NCBI GenBank assembly: GCA_964106645.2
Contig: OZ067039.1
Origin: Podarcis pityusensis
Taxonomy: Eukaryota
Strand: one strand, 5' to 3'
Length of the DNA stretch: 64,000 nucleotides
Shown here: one piece after another, positions 50,008-63,491 of the stretch
Layout: every line of letters begins with the position of its first letter
How positions within the stretch are numbered: the first letter of the stretch is position 1
Position numbers and translations under genes: made by a program
Notes under the pieces: model-generated
What the model was told of the DNA's origin: nothing
What the model saw: the letters and a program-made list of their open reading frames with translations, nothing else
Databases searched by the model: none

Positions 50008-50174
50008 ATTTCAGTGGTTCATATGACCATGCTGGTTAAAATAACAACAAATAGGAAGTTACTCTAGTATGTTTATTATCTTTACAGTCCTTATCCATTG
50101 TTTTGGTGGTGCTTTTATTTTTTATTTTTAAAGCACTCCCTGCCCCCCCCCCCCGGAAACTTATTCACTGTAAT

Positions 50175-50312
50175 CAGTGCTATTTTTCTAGAAAAAGAGG
50201 TGCCAGAACTCACCATGAACTTCCTCCCTTGTTCTCTTACAATGGCAATGGCGCCCACCTGAGAGGTGCCGGAACTGAGTTCCAGTGAATTCCGGCTGGG
50301 AAAAAAGCCCTG
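50175..50312. mobile_element. hAT MITE (138 bp)
   Basis: CAGTGCTATTTTTC / GAAAAAAGCCCTG ends; TSD actgtaat / actataat; internal repeat gaggtgcc.gaact. Confidence 0.8.
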
Positions 50313-50423
50313 ACTATAATTTCCCTTGTGGCAGGTTATTAAGAGTCAGAAAGAAGTGTGTTTATGTGGCTGTTGGACATATATGCAGGAGAAGCTATAG
50401 AGATTTTGGTGTTGTTGTTTTAG

Positions 50424-50629
50424 TTCCTACAGATGCTCTGGCAAATAAGCTCTTTGGTGTGCCAGAGCCTTCAACCATTGCCCGATCTTTGCCAACAACT
50501 GTGCCAGAATCCCCAAACTATCGCAATGCCAGGACTCCCAGGACTCCTCGCACACCTCAACTGAAAGACCCAACACAGACGCCCCGTTTTTACCCAGTGG
50601 TTAAGGAAGGCAGGTTGATAGATGCCAAG
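50424..50629 (+). CDS. LARP1: LARP1 exon 13 (206 nt)
   Basis: gttttag| ... AAG|gtaagt; ARSLPTTVPESP...RTPRTPRTP...RFYPVVKEG. Confidence 0.97.
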
Positions 50630-50766
50630 GTAAGTCTTGCATACCAAAAGCTTTGCCTATGCCAAATGCATGTGCTTATGCTCAATGTATTTGTGATTCT
50701 TCTTGACTTGGAGACTGTAAGAAATACCAGTCTCCATTATGTCAACTGAGCCCCTGCTTCTTGCAG

Positions 50767-50873
50767 ACGCCCCGGAAGAGGAAGACACGGCACAGTTCAA
50801 ATCCTCCAATGGAATGTCATGTTGGTTGGGTGATGGATTCCCGGGAGCATAGACCTCGAACTGCATCCATAAG
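50767..50873 (+). CDS. LARP1: LARP1 exon 14 (107 nt)
   Basis: cttgcag| ... AG|gtacta; PRKRKTRHSSNPPMECHVGWVMD. Confidence 0.97.
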
Positions 50874-51166
50874 GTACTACAAAGACAGGCAGTTGATAAT
50901 TCTCAGTGAAGTTTTAAAACAGGTGGCAGGGGGCATTAGATACAGATGAAAACAGATTTATTTATTTTTTTGCAAAAGTTCTGTTTTTTTCACCCCCTCT
51001 TCCCCATATTAACTTAGTTTTCAGCATTTTCTCAGAAACATGCTTGCAGTCAGAGAAAATCCCCTTCTGAAGTTTAGTTGAACCTTATGTCATTTCTGTA
51101 GCGTTCTGAATCCTTCAGTAATGCTTCTGAGTGCTTCTCTGACTCAAGTGTTTTCTCCTTGCTCAG

Positions 51167-51318
51167 TTCCAGCCCCTCAGAAGGCACACCAGCCATTGGC
51201 AGCTATGGCTGCACTCCACAATCGTTGCCCAAGTTCCAGCACCCCTCCCATGAACTCCTCAAGGAGAATGGCTTCACACAACATGTCTACCACAAGTATC
51301 GCCGGCGCTGCCTTAATG
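51167..51318 (+). CDS. LARP1: LARP1 exon 15 (152 nt), start of DM15 region
   Basis: gctcag| ... G|gtgagt; FQHPSHELLKENGFTQHVYHKYRRRCLN. Confidence 0.97.
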
Positions 51319-52479
51319 GTGAGTTGTATAGATACACTTGAAGTTGTCTAGATACTTGGCTTTTATGCAGGCCTTGATAGCAGTCAAGCTGGTGCTGAAG
51401 ACAGCAATCATTTTTCTTAGTACAGTCAACTCGTAACAACTCATGCAATTTCAGCTTTATGCAGCTGGAAGCCTGCCAGTTGAAATCACACAAATTAAAT
51501 GCACAGAAGGCAGGGAGCTTGAAAGCTTTTTGTGCAGGGTTTCCCAATGTGAAAGTAACTTTTAAGCGCTCTGCCTTGCTCTGGGAGGCTCTTGTGAGAT
51601 CTTGTGTGGCTGTCCAAGATCTTGTGAGAGCCTCCTGCGGCCTGGAAGGGCCGGGGGCATGGAGGATGACCTGTTTGGCATGCTGGCTCCAGAAGGTAAG
51701 ATTGCTTACGCAGGAGTGATTTCAAGGGGTTATTCTGACTATGCCCACTACCCCCAGAACGTAACCCATGCGTAAGATGCAAGTTGACTATAAGGCAAAT
51801 GCTAGAACTGTATGTTTATGACATAGTATACTTTCTGAATGGGAATGATAGACTCACCAGAGCAGGAATAGCTGGTGCTCCTCTAGCAGAATGTGAGCAG
51901 ATAATCAGATGGCATCCAAAACTTGCATTCTTAGGTCTGTTTTGCAGCACACTGTCCGGTGCTGAATTTAGCGGCTTTTCAGCATTTCTGAAGAAGTTTA
52001 GTGATCTGTGAGCAGCACATCTGCATGATCTACAGCAGGCATGGACTCTAGTAATCTGGAGGAAGGACATCTGTGTTCTACACAGTTCTGTGACAAGAAT
52101 GTGACTGAGTTGGTTGTATTATATGATGTTTGAAGCCTTGCAAATCTAGTTTCTCCTTAATTTTAAAGCCATTCTATTTCCAGTAGTCATAGGATAGTTT
52201 CAAAGGTAGCTAGTCTTTGCTCCTTGCAGAATGATGACGTAGACTAAAGGAATGTCTACATATACTTGACTCCAATATGGAAAAGGATCGGGCATTCCCT
52301 GTGCTAAGGAATAAATAGAATACCAGTGGTTTTTTTTGTTTGAAAGGGGAGATGCTACGATGGAATCATGGAGAACCAGGGGATTTTATGATCCCCACTT
52401 TCAGGACAGGATGCAGTGTTTTAATTTGGGTGTACCATAAGCTGGTTCTTATGAGGTTTGCCTCTTTCCCCTTGAACAG

Positions 52480-52624
52480 AGCGGAAGCGACTGGGCATTG
52501 GTCAGTCCCAGGAGATGAATACGCTCTTCAGATTCTGGTCGTTTTTCCTTCGTGATCATTTCAACAAGAAAATGTACGAAGAGTTCAAGCAGTTGGCCTT
52601 GGAAGATGCAAAGGAAGGGTACAG
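52480..52624 (+). CDS. LARP1: LARP1 exon 16 (145 nt), DM15
   Basis: gaacag| ... AG|gtaggt; [48 protein letters not shown]. Confidence 0.97.
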
Positions 52625-52867
52625 GTAGGTCCTTGTGTCTTCAGAGCACCACCATAAGGTGGCTTGCATATTAAAGAATGGAAAGGAGAAATGTGGGCTA
52701 GCTTAAATTGGTGAATATGGGGGAGCCCTTGTCTTCTGCAGGAAACATGAGATGTGTAATTTATCGGGACTTAATCAGGAAGAGAAATGCAGCGTGGAAG
52801 GCTCTTGGGGAGGAAAAGGGTACGGTTGGAGGCAAATGTTGATGAGGTGGATGTCATGGTCTTGCAG

Positions 52868-52977
52868 GTATGGACTGGAGTGCCTTTTCAGATATTATAG
52901 CTATGGACTGGAGAAGAAATTCCGACTTGACATATTTAAGGATTTCCAAGAAGAAACTATAAAAGATTATGAAGCTG
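52868..52977 (+). CDS. LARP1: LARP1 exon 17 (110 nt), DM15
   Basis: cttgcag| ... G|gtaagt; [19 protein letters not shown]. Confidence 0.97.
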
Positions 52978-53527
52978 GTAAGTGGGGGGTCTGACTGGCT
53001 GGTATTCCAGGGGCTTCCTTCTGTGCCATTGCGGTGGCAGTGATCTGTGAGGAATGATGCCTTGAATCGTTCAGCCTGTCTTTCGACTAAAAACATTCTT
53101 CTGTGATTCCAGACCCCTAATATAATGGGGGTTCTGAGGACATTGCGTGGTATCCAAATCTTTATTAAAGGATCTTGAACATGTTACAGCAGCCTGTCTT
53201 ATGGGGACATGATCACCCTTCTTGCTTTTAGAGAAGTCTCCCTTCCAGCAAAGGACTGGCACATTTCTTGACCCTCTTCTTTCCCTTCAGCACCACTGCT
53301 TCTAGCACTGTTTAGATACTGTTAACGTGCAGCAATTTGTAGTTGCAGAAGAGTTCTATTCTGACATTTGGCTAGATTGCCGTTGTTTATTCATTCCAGC
53401 TTTTTACCGAAACTTGATAGTTACAGCTTTCCTCCTTTTCCCTTCCACTGTTGCTAAATGAGAGATTTTGGAAACTTCTTTGATGACACTGTCTGACTTG
53501 TGTCTGTTTTGCTCCTTGTCTTAATAG

Positions 53528-53655
53528 GGCAGCTTTATGGGCTTGAAAAGTTTTGGGCCTTCTTAAAATATTCCAAAGCCAAAAACTTGGACATTGATTG
53601 CAAATTGCAAGAATACCTCAGCAAATTCCGACGCCTTGAAGACTTCCGAGTGGAT
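53528..53655 (+). CDS. LARP1: LARP1 exon 18 (128 nt), DM15
   Basis: taatag| ... GAT|gtaagt; QLYGLEKFWAFLKYS...LEDFRVD. Confidence 0.97.
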
Positions 53656-54755
53656 GTAAGTAGAAGTAACTGTTTCTTGTAGTTTTCTACTAGACACTTG
53701 TAATGGATGCATCTGGTAGACCTGCAGGGGTCCATGGTGAATGTATCTTTTAAACAAAAGTTTACCTTAAATTCAGGTGTACAAAAAAATATAATCTCAA
53801 CTTTTATAATCACATATTATAAACAATGCAATATCTCAGTAAAGCCACCTATTTAAATCTGCTTAAGTTAGTTTGTCAGTTAATAAACATTTTCTGAACC
53901 CTCAATTTTTATATTTATAACTATGTATCAAATAGTTATTGTGCCTATTCTTTAGCACAGAATGCATATTTAAATGCACACATTTTACAACTCATTATAA
54001 AATAAGTGTGAAATTTGAAGGATATTTGTGTTTTAATCAGTATATTGATCTATGAGGTGTGAATGAGATCGGTTCTCTTTAAAATGGAACAAAATTCTCA
54101 TCCAACCTTAATGCGCGGACACTACTAAAACATTGTGTTTGAGGTAACAGACTTCCATATAACTTGATATCTCTGATGGCTCATTCCTGTATGAAAGTTG
54201 GCATTCATTGTTGTGATCTTCAGGTGATTGTGCATCATTGAACAGCACCCTAAGTCTCTCCCTGTGGTATTGCACTGAAGGGGGAGAAATTACTGCTTGA
54301 ACCATCTCTTTGCTGTCTTACTGATTAAGAAATCATCTCTGGAGCCATGTGCTCTCCCACCCCCCTCCATTTGCCCAGTTTTAGTATTGTGACCATCTTA
54401 TGATTTGGTCATAGTCCACGTCCACACCAGAAATAAAAATGGGTTAATGATTCTGGCTTGAAGGCAAACTGTGGTTTATGATAACTGTAGTTTGTCCAAT
54501 TCAGACGCCACAGCAAAATCTCTTTGCTGCAAACTGGTAAGTGAGGTAGAAAATCATAGTGCAAAGAATGCATAAGTTCAAAGTGCAGTTCCCAAGGGCA
54601 AACCTGAACCCGACTTAATTCTGTAGCCTGTGGCTAGAAGTAGTTGGTCAGATTAATTGGAAGTACAGTAGCAGCAGCATCCACTGGCACGGGGACTGAT
54701 TACAGCTCTGTTGAGAGGCACAGTCCAATTCATTTCAGTCACCTCTCACATTCAT

Positions 54756-54765
54756 CCCCCCCCCC

Positions 54766-54802
<37 letters not shown>
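54756..54802. repeat. Compound Cn(CT)n(CA)n microsatellite
   Basis: Direct reading. Confidence 0.95.
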
Positions 54803-55255
54803 GTCACTCCTTAAATTTCACCTCTAATATCTTCATATTGTCCATTGCCTTATATAAACGTTGCTTTAGAATCTCAAAAAAGCCTTCCTAAAAGAACACA
54901 CAGGGCAGTCTTGTTACCCTGAGAGGTGTTCTTCAAAGCCTTGTATTCAGCTGACACAACTAGAGCTAATTGTATCTGGTATTCTCACTTGCTTACCTTC
55001 TCTCCCTTTTCTATCTCTGTATGGGAGAATCTTTCATCTCCTGTACTTATCCCCAACCCAAATTGTATGGTACTTTTGCATCATTACTTTAGCTGCTATC
55101 CGCATTGTGTGTTACCTTTAGTTCAATTCCTGCTTGTTAGCTATCTTCTATTTTGTTTTTGGTGAACAACCAGGATTTGGGGAACCTTTACTTTAAATGA
55201 AGCCTGCTTGAGAGGGATGCCCAAGTGCTACATAATTATTTATTTTCTGTTTCAG

Positions 55256-55501
55256 CCCCCTATAGGGGAAGAAGGTGGCCACAAGAGATACCCAGCAGCA
55301 TTGGGAGTCGATGGAAGGAAGCGATACCCATCTCAGTCTTCCAGCAAACCTGTCACCCAGACCCCATCCCATCAAGTCTCTGTCTCATCCAACCAAGTCC
55401 CCACCTCATCTAGCCAGCCTGTTCAGGAGGATGCCAAAAACCTGAGCCAGCCACATGCAGTTTCTACAGCGACTGTAGAAACGCAAACAATAGGGAAATA
55501 A
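55256..55501 (+). CDS. LARP1: LARP1 exon 19, coding part (246 nt including TAA)
   Basis: tttcag| PPIGEEGGHKR...GRKRYPSQSSS...QTIGK*. Confidence 0.95.
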   Translation, partial: PPIGEEGGHKRYPAALGVDGRKRYPSQSSSKPVTQTPSHQVSVSSNQVPTSSSQPVQEDAKNLSQPHAVSTATVETQTIGK

Positions 55502-58500
55502 GACACACCAGAACTTCCAATGGAAAGGGGGCAGGGACACTTGAGGGAGTTGGAATGTGGGCATCCAAAACCAGGCTGCTTACCAGAGGTGGGGACTACA
55601 ACGCACACAATTTCTCTTGTTGGCTGGGAAAACAAGACGAAGCAAGCTGAAAGCATCCTTTTCTTCGCTGTGATTAAGTTACTGATTGGAGCCACATCCA
55701 CACATTTTCACGTCTTAGCGCCTTTCTGGGGTAGGGTTGGGAAGGGGGAGATTTTTATAAATATAAATATATATATATCTATATCAAGTTTTAAATTATT
55801 GATAGAAGTTTGTTTGGATAAACCAAAACAATTCTGCATCATGCGGCGACATGATCCAGCTCCTCCTCATCCCACCGATCAACTATGCAGCCCACTTGAA
55901 AGAAGCTGGAGGCGGTGGGCCGGACAGTGTGGTTCCATTTGGAATTTGCCTTCGGCTTTCTAAGTCCACCAGGCGCCTGTCATTCTGGTTATGACAATGC
56001 ACAAGGAGTCCCTTTACCACCATCACAAGTATCACTTCTGTTACGGCTTCCCTTCCATGCTGCACACCTTTTCCATCACAGACTTGACTACTGGAAGTCA
56101 ACCAAAGGACCCTAACGGAACATGGGCCCACCTCGCATTGGGCTCGCCCAGTTCCTTTGTGTGATGGGTAGAACATAAACTCGCACAGTGTCTCCCCTCA
56201 CACAGGAATGCTACTCTCATGATGAGACTTCGCTAAAACAGCTTTCTCTTACAAAACAAAACAAAAACAAAAAAACCCCACAAAAAACTTGTTTAAAAAA
56301 AAAAGTCTGTCTTTGCTTCCTTCCTTGAAAATAATAAGTTGCCTTATTGTGGAGTTGGGAAATTGGAGGCATCCCTGACTTCTCTGAGCAAATTTGGAAC
56401 ATGGCATCTGCTTGGGACTCATCCGGGCTGTGATAATACCTACTGTTTCCGTGTCCAGTAGTGACTCTTGTCTGCAATGGCTGGTGATCTCCCCTCTGAC
56501 CCAGCTGTGATTTGCATCGACTGGAACAGTACTGTTGATTTCTAGGTGAATGTTGTCTCAAGCCACCTAGACAGTTTATCTCTGGAGAAGGGGGTACTGG
56601 AGCACTAAAATCTAAGACTTCTGCTATTGTGTAGTTGGTGCTGATGTAAATGTGTCAACTTTTCTAGTGCCCTTCCTGCTACAGCAACTACACATGCTAT
56701 TGCCTCACTCAGACCTCCAGGTGCACTGCCATTTTCCTCCCTCTCCCACCAGGGCAGGCCAGGCCAGGAACTAGCCTGTTGATCTCATGAACTCTTCCTA
56801 TCCCATGGTAGGCAGGCAGATGTGCCAGGAATAGGTAATTGCACAGAGAAGATCCACTGGCACACATCCTTGCTCTTTAATATATATGGTTGAAGAATGT
56901 GTGTACAGAGAAATGAGCTTTAAAGCAAACAAGGTGGGATTTTTGTGTGTGGTGGTTTCCAAAAAAGAGGTGGCTTGCTAAGTGTTAACTTCCCTATGCA
57001 GGCCCTCCCTTTCTGTAGACTCTTGAATTACTGGCATGCTAGCCTGCCTGCCTGCCTTCCCTGGGTTGACCATGTAGCCACGGAGGACCCAGCTGTGTTT
57101 AGACTCTTCTCTAGCTACCAACACCTTGACTGTCTTGCATCATGAAATCACTTCATGTATTGGAACCATGTCCACTCATCCTGTGTCATAGAACTTTATA
57201 CAAAGCACCATGATTGACTTAACTGCTCTTGGGTTAACTGCTTGGAACTAAGTCTGAGACTATTGGCAGTGTGTGACTGCATGGCTCTTGACATCTTAAA
57301 AGCAGCTGGTACTGGAGCTATAGAAGTGAACTTCAGAGAAGATGGAAGCATATGTGTACAGACAACTTGTTTCTGACAACATGCTTTATTGTTTCCTACA
57401 TTTTGTTATATTGCCTAATGTACTGTCCCTGTTCTGCAAGCCAGAGATTTTAGTAGGAGATGGAAGAGCTGCGATTGCTTGGTCATTATGCCACCCAAGC
57501 TTGCCCTGTGACTCTAAAGAGGGATGAATGGTGGTGGCAATATTTCTATGTGGTCCTACACACAATGGCCTGGCTCCAAACAGTCTCCACCCTTCTTTCC
57601 CAGTAACGCATGATGCTGGAGGCACTTCCATGATGCTGGAGGCTGATACCTTCCTATCTGCAGCCACTCACATGCTCTGCTCTGGAGGATCCCACAGCCT
57701 TTTCTGGGTGTGGAGACTTATTGCCATAAAGGGTGCGAAGGAGCACCCTTACGCTACTTTGGATCCTAGACCATTGTTAGGGGTGGGGAGAGGAAGAGGT
57801 GTGTGTCATCAACACACATTTTAGAGGTTACATTGTAGGCCTGTTTCTCAGATTTTTAACATGCTGCAAAGAGTGTGGCAATGAGGCCTGTGTCAGGTAA
57901 GGATGTTTTTATTCCCAGCCAGTTGGAGCAACACTTTTTTACTTTAGGAATGCAGGGGATATGATGCTAGGGCGGTTGGTTGATTTCTGTCACTCCTCTT
58001 CTAGGATGTTGGTACTGCAGATGTAGATAATTGAGGACATGGGCCTTACTGCCTTAGGAGAGCCTGTTGTGTCTAGCTAATGTTATTTCATTTTAGCTGT
58101 GTCAAGCATGCTATTAATGGGAGTTTGTTATGGAGCAGTCTTGGGTGACCATGCAGTTAACTTGTGCCCTGTGGTTCTAGTTTTTTGCTGCATAAGTTGT
58201 GATCCTGTATTATATCAAACCCTCAGCCTCTCATTGTGGTACCATTAAAAGACATGAGCATTTCACCAGGTATGGCAGAATACCCACTGTGAGCTTTGCC
58301 GAGTGCATTGCAGTAGCAGAACCATGTTAACATGGAATTGGCAGTCAGAACTACTGCTGTCTTCTAATTTCGCTAGTACAACATGGTGCAATGAAGCTGC
58401 TTTTCTTGTTTGGCAGGATTTCAATTGGTAATGGGCTGAAATCCTAACTTCTGTAACTTGATCACAATTCAGTTTTGAATAAGGCAAAGCATGTATTGGG

Positions 58501-61080
58501 GAACTGCTGCTTGTGAGACAGGAGTATGTGTTCAGGCTTGATGACATAGTGAGGTTAACCAGAGCATTTTTGTTTAAAGGTTTCATCTTTGAAAGGAAAT
58601 GGTCTTTGAACTTTCATCCATGATGAGTGCTGAAGTCTTGCTCTAAAAATGGTTTGTCTGTTTCATTTCAGTGATAAGCTGCTTGTCTTTGCTGATGAAG
58701 AACTGAAGGCAAACAATTGTTGGTGGTGTAGAAAAGCATTCTGGTGTGGTATAGGAGATCAGTTAAGGATGCAGGGTTAGTTTGTGGAAAGAGGAGATAA
58801 GAATCTCATATTGATTCCTCTGTGGATGTCCCAGGATATACCATGAAATTGGACCACAAAGTTCTTACCCACCGTTCAAGCGACAAGCTGAAGGTACTTG
58901 CTTACTTGAAGGGAGCGTAGCCTTTTGGAACCTTGATGGGTCAGTCTCCTGCATCATCTTGACATGACAATGGCCGCATGTGTTTGTAGACACGTTACTG
59001 TTAGTGTGCACATCCAGTGCCTTGGCTGTTCAGTGCCAGAAAGTCATAGCATTATTCCTATAAAGATGGTATCCAGCTTTCTGTGTGAGTATTGGTACAC
59101 TCAGTTTTCACCACCCTGGTTCAAAGTTTCCCTACACTTTGGGAAGAGAGTATAGTAACGATTTTGTTTCAACGTTATGTCTTGGTTTTTAAAGCAGACC
59201 AAGTCAATGGACACTGGTATCCTGTCCCTCAAACATATGCAGTGGTAGTTCTAGTCTTGTTGTTTTTAGGAAGCCACCAGCTATTGCCCAATGTATGAGA
59301 CTTAGGTTAAAACAGAAAGTGTTTTCCAGTGGGAACTCAAGCAGTCTTATAGGTAAGCAGGATCTTTAAAGAAGTGTCATCCTGGGTAGCTGACCTCTGG
59401 GCAGGGTAATAGGGTGGGGGTCTGAAATCTGGTTTAGGACATACAGGGAAAGTAAGTGACCTTTATTAGGTGTTGGTGCTCAGTCTGTCCTTAGCCCCTT
59501 TCTGCTCCTTCTCCCACTTTTGCAGCTGTTGGGTTGCTCCAGTTCTGTACTTGTCCATCTTGCTTCTAGTTGGTTAGTTGAATGTACCGTTAACACATGA
59601 CACAGTAACCTCAGTACTCTTCCATAACATTTGTGTTGTTGTTTTTAATAGAGTAATGGGATGGGAGCCATCTTTCATGCCTTGCTCATTTTTCTTTTAA
59701 GCAAAAACAATCAAATCTGTTAACGCAGCAAACTCTGCTGTGCTCTATTATCTCTCCATATGGATCCTCTTCTGAAACTTGGATTTGTCAATAACTTTTT
59801 AAAAATCAGCTAGGTTTTTAGAAGGGATGGGTAGCTACATTGTTAAATGCCTCAGTTATTTTTTTTAATCAAATTTCATATATGAGTGGTTTTATGGGGG
59901 GGTGGCGGGAAATTTCATCTCAGCAACATGGGTTTGGACAAAGTGGTTTTTTAAATTAAAAAATTCTAAGGATAACATTTCTGTTAGTTTACATTTTAAC
60001 TTTCTGAAGACACTTGAACATAGGACCGATGTATCTGTGATGAGGACACCCTATGGTTGGAAGCATCGAAAGGGCATGGGTTTAACCATCCTTTTTTGGT
60101 TTTACAGACTTTGTTCTTCCAAGTCTGGCCTTCTGTTGCCCTTCTTTTTTGTTTATTTCCTCAATGGTATTGTTCCTGTATCTATTTGTCCTCCTTCCCA
60201 GAATATAGATCTTGGTACAACAGGGTGGTCTGGGTCACTGATATCCTTTGGAAAATGGATTTCAATGTCCTTGGCAGAAGCTTTTGCCCACCAGAGCCTT
60301 CCTGCTGTAACATTGCCATGTGCTATAAAACAGGAATGGCTGAATTCTCCTCTCATCGTTGGCTTTGTCCCTGCAGTGGTGCACTACCGTGGTGGTTGGG
60401 ATTTCCAGCCTATGAAACTGTGACTCAGAAGTCAACACTGAGCTTTAAATGGTGGTGGTTGGAGCTTCCTTAGTGTGAAGTTGTGTTAAGCTGCTAAAAA
60501 AAACAAAAAACAACCCTTCAGATGAGGAACCTGCAAAAAGATGCAATGATTGTTTTGTATAGATGTCTGATAATGCCATCACAGTAGGAAAAGAACCATC
60601 AGTTTGTTTGGTTTGCTTGCTCTGCCTGAGCAGGCTTGTATGTATTCATGCTCCAACCTTGCCCCTTCTGCTAAAACAAAACCCCAGAAGTGTTTGTAAT
60701 CACTTTCAGCTGTATTTATTATTGAGAGAACTTTTAAACCAACTGTTACCGTATATCACCTGGGAGGAAAAGATCTTGTTAATATGGCCCACCATACACA
60801 ATCCCATCTGTTAATAGTATGTAAATCTTAACCCATGTGCTAGGATCATCATCACATTGGGGGAGGGGGAGGGGGGACAGGGGAAGGAAGAGGAAAGAAA
60901 TTGTAAAATACTTGAATGAGAGCCTGTATTATAAACAGTAATATTATTCAGAGTATCTGCTTTCTAGGCTGATGTGACTCATTATTCTAGTAGTGCTTTA
61001 GTCCTTTGTAATTTGTGGTAATTATGCTTTTTCCTTTTTAATACAAAAATGTATAAAAATAAAAACCTCAAAAGACCATG
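55502..61080 (+). other. LARP1: LARP1 3' UTR (about 5.6 kb, 3' end approximate)
   Basis: Follows the stop codon; no recognisable MITE or SINE; ends in a U-rich block, TGTA and AATAAA. Confidence 0.65.
61058..61063 (+). terminator. Candidate LARP1 polyadenylation signal AATAAA
   Basis: aatgtataaaAATAAAaacc, preceded by U-rich and TGTA elements. Confidence 0.7.
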
Positions 61081-61765
61081 CAATTTGCACACTCTTGTTT
61101 CTACCTTGAGGCTATTTCTACTAATGGCAACCACATGTGGACCAGAGAACTGGGAGATGCATGATATGATGATGTAATGGCAGAATAAGTATGCTAAAAA
61201 TGTTACTTTTCAAGATGAATGTCCTTTTGCACTTTCAGTATTATGTACTCTAGCAAGATTCCTGGTTGCCTACGTTATTTAAACTGTTCTTCAAAGAATG
61301 AAAAATGAGGCAAAGAAGCAACCTGTGTATATGCCACTTTTGATTATAGACTCAAATGACTAAATGGGCCTCCATACAAAAATAAGTATTACTGCACACC
61401 AACAGCTAAATATTTGGAATAGATCATTGTACTGTAGCATTCTCCAGGAATGAATAATTAAGCTCTTAAGTTTAGGGATGTTTTATTGTAGGACTCAAGC
61501 CTCTTGTATGTCTTCTGCCTAGAGTGGCACAGTGATATTTATTGCCTCATCTGCTGTTCCTTGAGGACTAGGCCCATGTGGAAGTAAAACGAGAATGGTT
61601 GTGTTTGCTTTCCATTCCAGGGTCACCAAACAGCTAATGAGTTTTAGTGAGTATAAAAGATGATCATCATAATGCTCTCTTTGGCTATGTTAATTAACTC
61701 CACTATCTCTTTAAAAATCTTCAATTGTTACTTGGAGAGGCATGGCTTACAATGATATTTATTTA

Positions 61766-62025
61766 CCGTATTTTTTGCTCTATAAGACTCACTTTTTCCC
61801 TCCAGAAAAGTAAGGTGAAATGTGTGTGCGTCTTATGGAGCGAATGCAGGCTGCGCAGCTATCACAGAAGCCAGAACAGCAAGAGGGGGTTGCTGCTTTC
61901 ACTGCGCAGCGATCCCTCTTGCTCTTCTGGCTTCTGAGATTCAGAATATTTTTTTTCTTGTTTTCCTCCTCCAAAACCAAGGTGCGTCTTGTGGTCTGGT
62001 GCGTCTTATAGAGCGAAAAATACGG
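61766..62025. mobile_element. Short member (260 bp) of the same Tc2/pogo-like MITE family
   Basis: TA|CCGTATTTTTTGCTCTATAAGAC ... GTCTTATAGAGCGAAAAATACGG|TA. Confidence 0.9.
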
Positions 62026-62330
62026 TATATCCACATTTTTCCCTGATTGATTCAATGTGCCCTACAGCTAAAACAGAAACAGCTGCAAACATAAGGAAAA
62101 ATAGAAATAAAAAAAATCAATTAAACATAGATAGAAATCTTTAATAGATCATATAGAGTGATAAAACTTTACCCCCCACCGCCTTTTTTACAGTTAAGCA
62201 GCACAAGAACTTCTTGCTATACAACAGCATGATGCCTTACATTGTACTGTTCAGTAGGACTACTCATTCAGCTTGGTACTCTGGGAGAAGGCAGATTTCA
62301 GTCCCCTGCTTTCTTCTGAGATTAGGAATA

Positions 62331-62751
62331 CCGTATTTTTCTGTGTATAAGACACCCCCATGTATTTGACGAGCTCTATTTTTTAAAACCGAAATTAAGT
62401 TGTTTAGCTTTTTTGGGGTGTGGGTCAATTGCTCACCCGCCTGCCCGCCACTGCCGACCACTTGCCACAGCCACTGCTGATCACGCACCTTGCTGCAGCC
62501 AATTGTCTGCCCACTTGCCGCAACTAACAGCCCACCCACCCACAGCCGCCAATTGCCTGCCAATTGCCACAGCCAATTGCCAGCAGGCCTTGTAGCCACC
62601 AATCACCTGCCCAATCGCCACTGCCAATCTTCTGCTTGCTGCTTCCATTAATCACACATCCCCATCTGCATTCACTATCCATGTATAAGATGACACCCAA
62701 TTTTTGCCTTTTTTTAGCAAAAAACATCCTCTTATACACAGGAAAATACGG
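62331..62751. mobile_element. Related Tc2/pogo-like MITE (421 bp) with degenerate gcca-rich interior
   Basis: TA|CCGTATTTTTCTGTGTATAAGA ... TCTTATACACAGGAAAATACGG|TA. Confidence 0.88.
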
Positions 62752-62939
62752 TAAATGCTCTCGAATGTCCCTGCTCTTGGTCCTTTGTTGAGTCAGGCTA
62801 AAATTCTAACTTGGAATTCTATGAGAGTTGGTTGTTTTCTGTAAGCCAGAAAGTATATTCTCTCACCTCCAGCACCCTTTGTTATACAGTACTTTTAGCT
62901 GTTTGCTTTCCTTGGTCAACCACAACCATTTCTGTAGAT

Positions 62940-63269
62940 CAGGGGTCTGCAACCTTTAAGACAAAAAGAGCCACTTGGACCCATTTCCGAAGAAAAAAAA
63001 CTGGGAGCCGCAAAACCATTGCGACATTTAAAACAAATATATCTCCGGAGCCGCGATCTGACAGCGGGCAGGAAGGTGACGTCGGGACAGTGCGTGACTA
63101 ACGCACACACCGCCCCCATGCAACGTTACAGCCAGTACAGCGCCCGCCACAGTGGGGAGTGTCGGGGCGCACAATGCGCCTCCTCCCCTTGCTAGTATCC
63201 GCCCCGGAGCCGCGGCAAAGGTGTAAAAGAGCCACATGCGGCTCCGGAGCCGCGGGTTACCTACCCCTG
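62940..63269. mobile_element. Young CpG-rich hAT-Charlie MITE (330 bp)
   Basis: CAGGGGT ... ACCCCTG ends; flanks ctgtagat / (c)ttgtagat; repeated ggagccgc subterminal motifs. Confidence 0.85.
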
Positions 63270-63491
63270 CTTGTAGATGCTACCATTCATTCATCTGTCA
63301 TGGTGCTCTACAAACATGAGTGTTACCCTGATCCTTTTCAGAGGCTGTGTTATAGGTCAAGCTGTCTCTTGCCAATGAAAACATGAAACCTGCCACAATA
63401 CTCTTGTAGAGTGCCTTGCGAGAAAATCTGATATCTCCTGATTCTTGTGATTATCTGGATGATGGCGAAGGAAATAAGTTGCACTTAAGGG

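Larger units (their letters stand above)
29865..55501 (+). other. LARP1: LARP1 gene, coding span of exons 2-19 (exon 1 upstream of window)
   Basis: 18 exons with AG acceptors and GT donors (one GC) join in compatible phases: 2813 nt = 2 + 937x3. The translation matches recalled vertebrate LARP1 from EHS.PAKVV to QT.GK*. Confidence 0.98.

Noticed and set aside
59902-60473. 173-aa and 138-aa ORFs
   Set aside because: They lie in the LARP1 3' UTR, start at non-ATG codons and show no recognisable domain.
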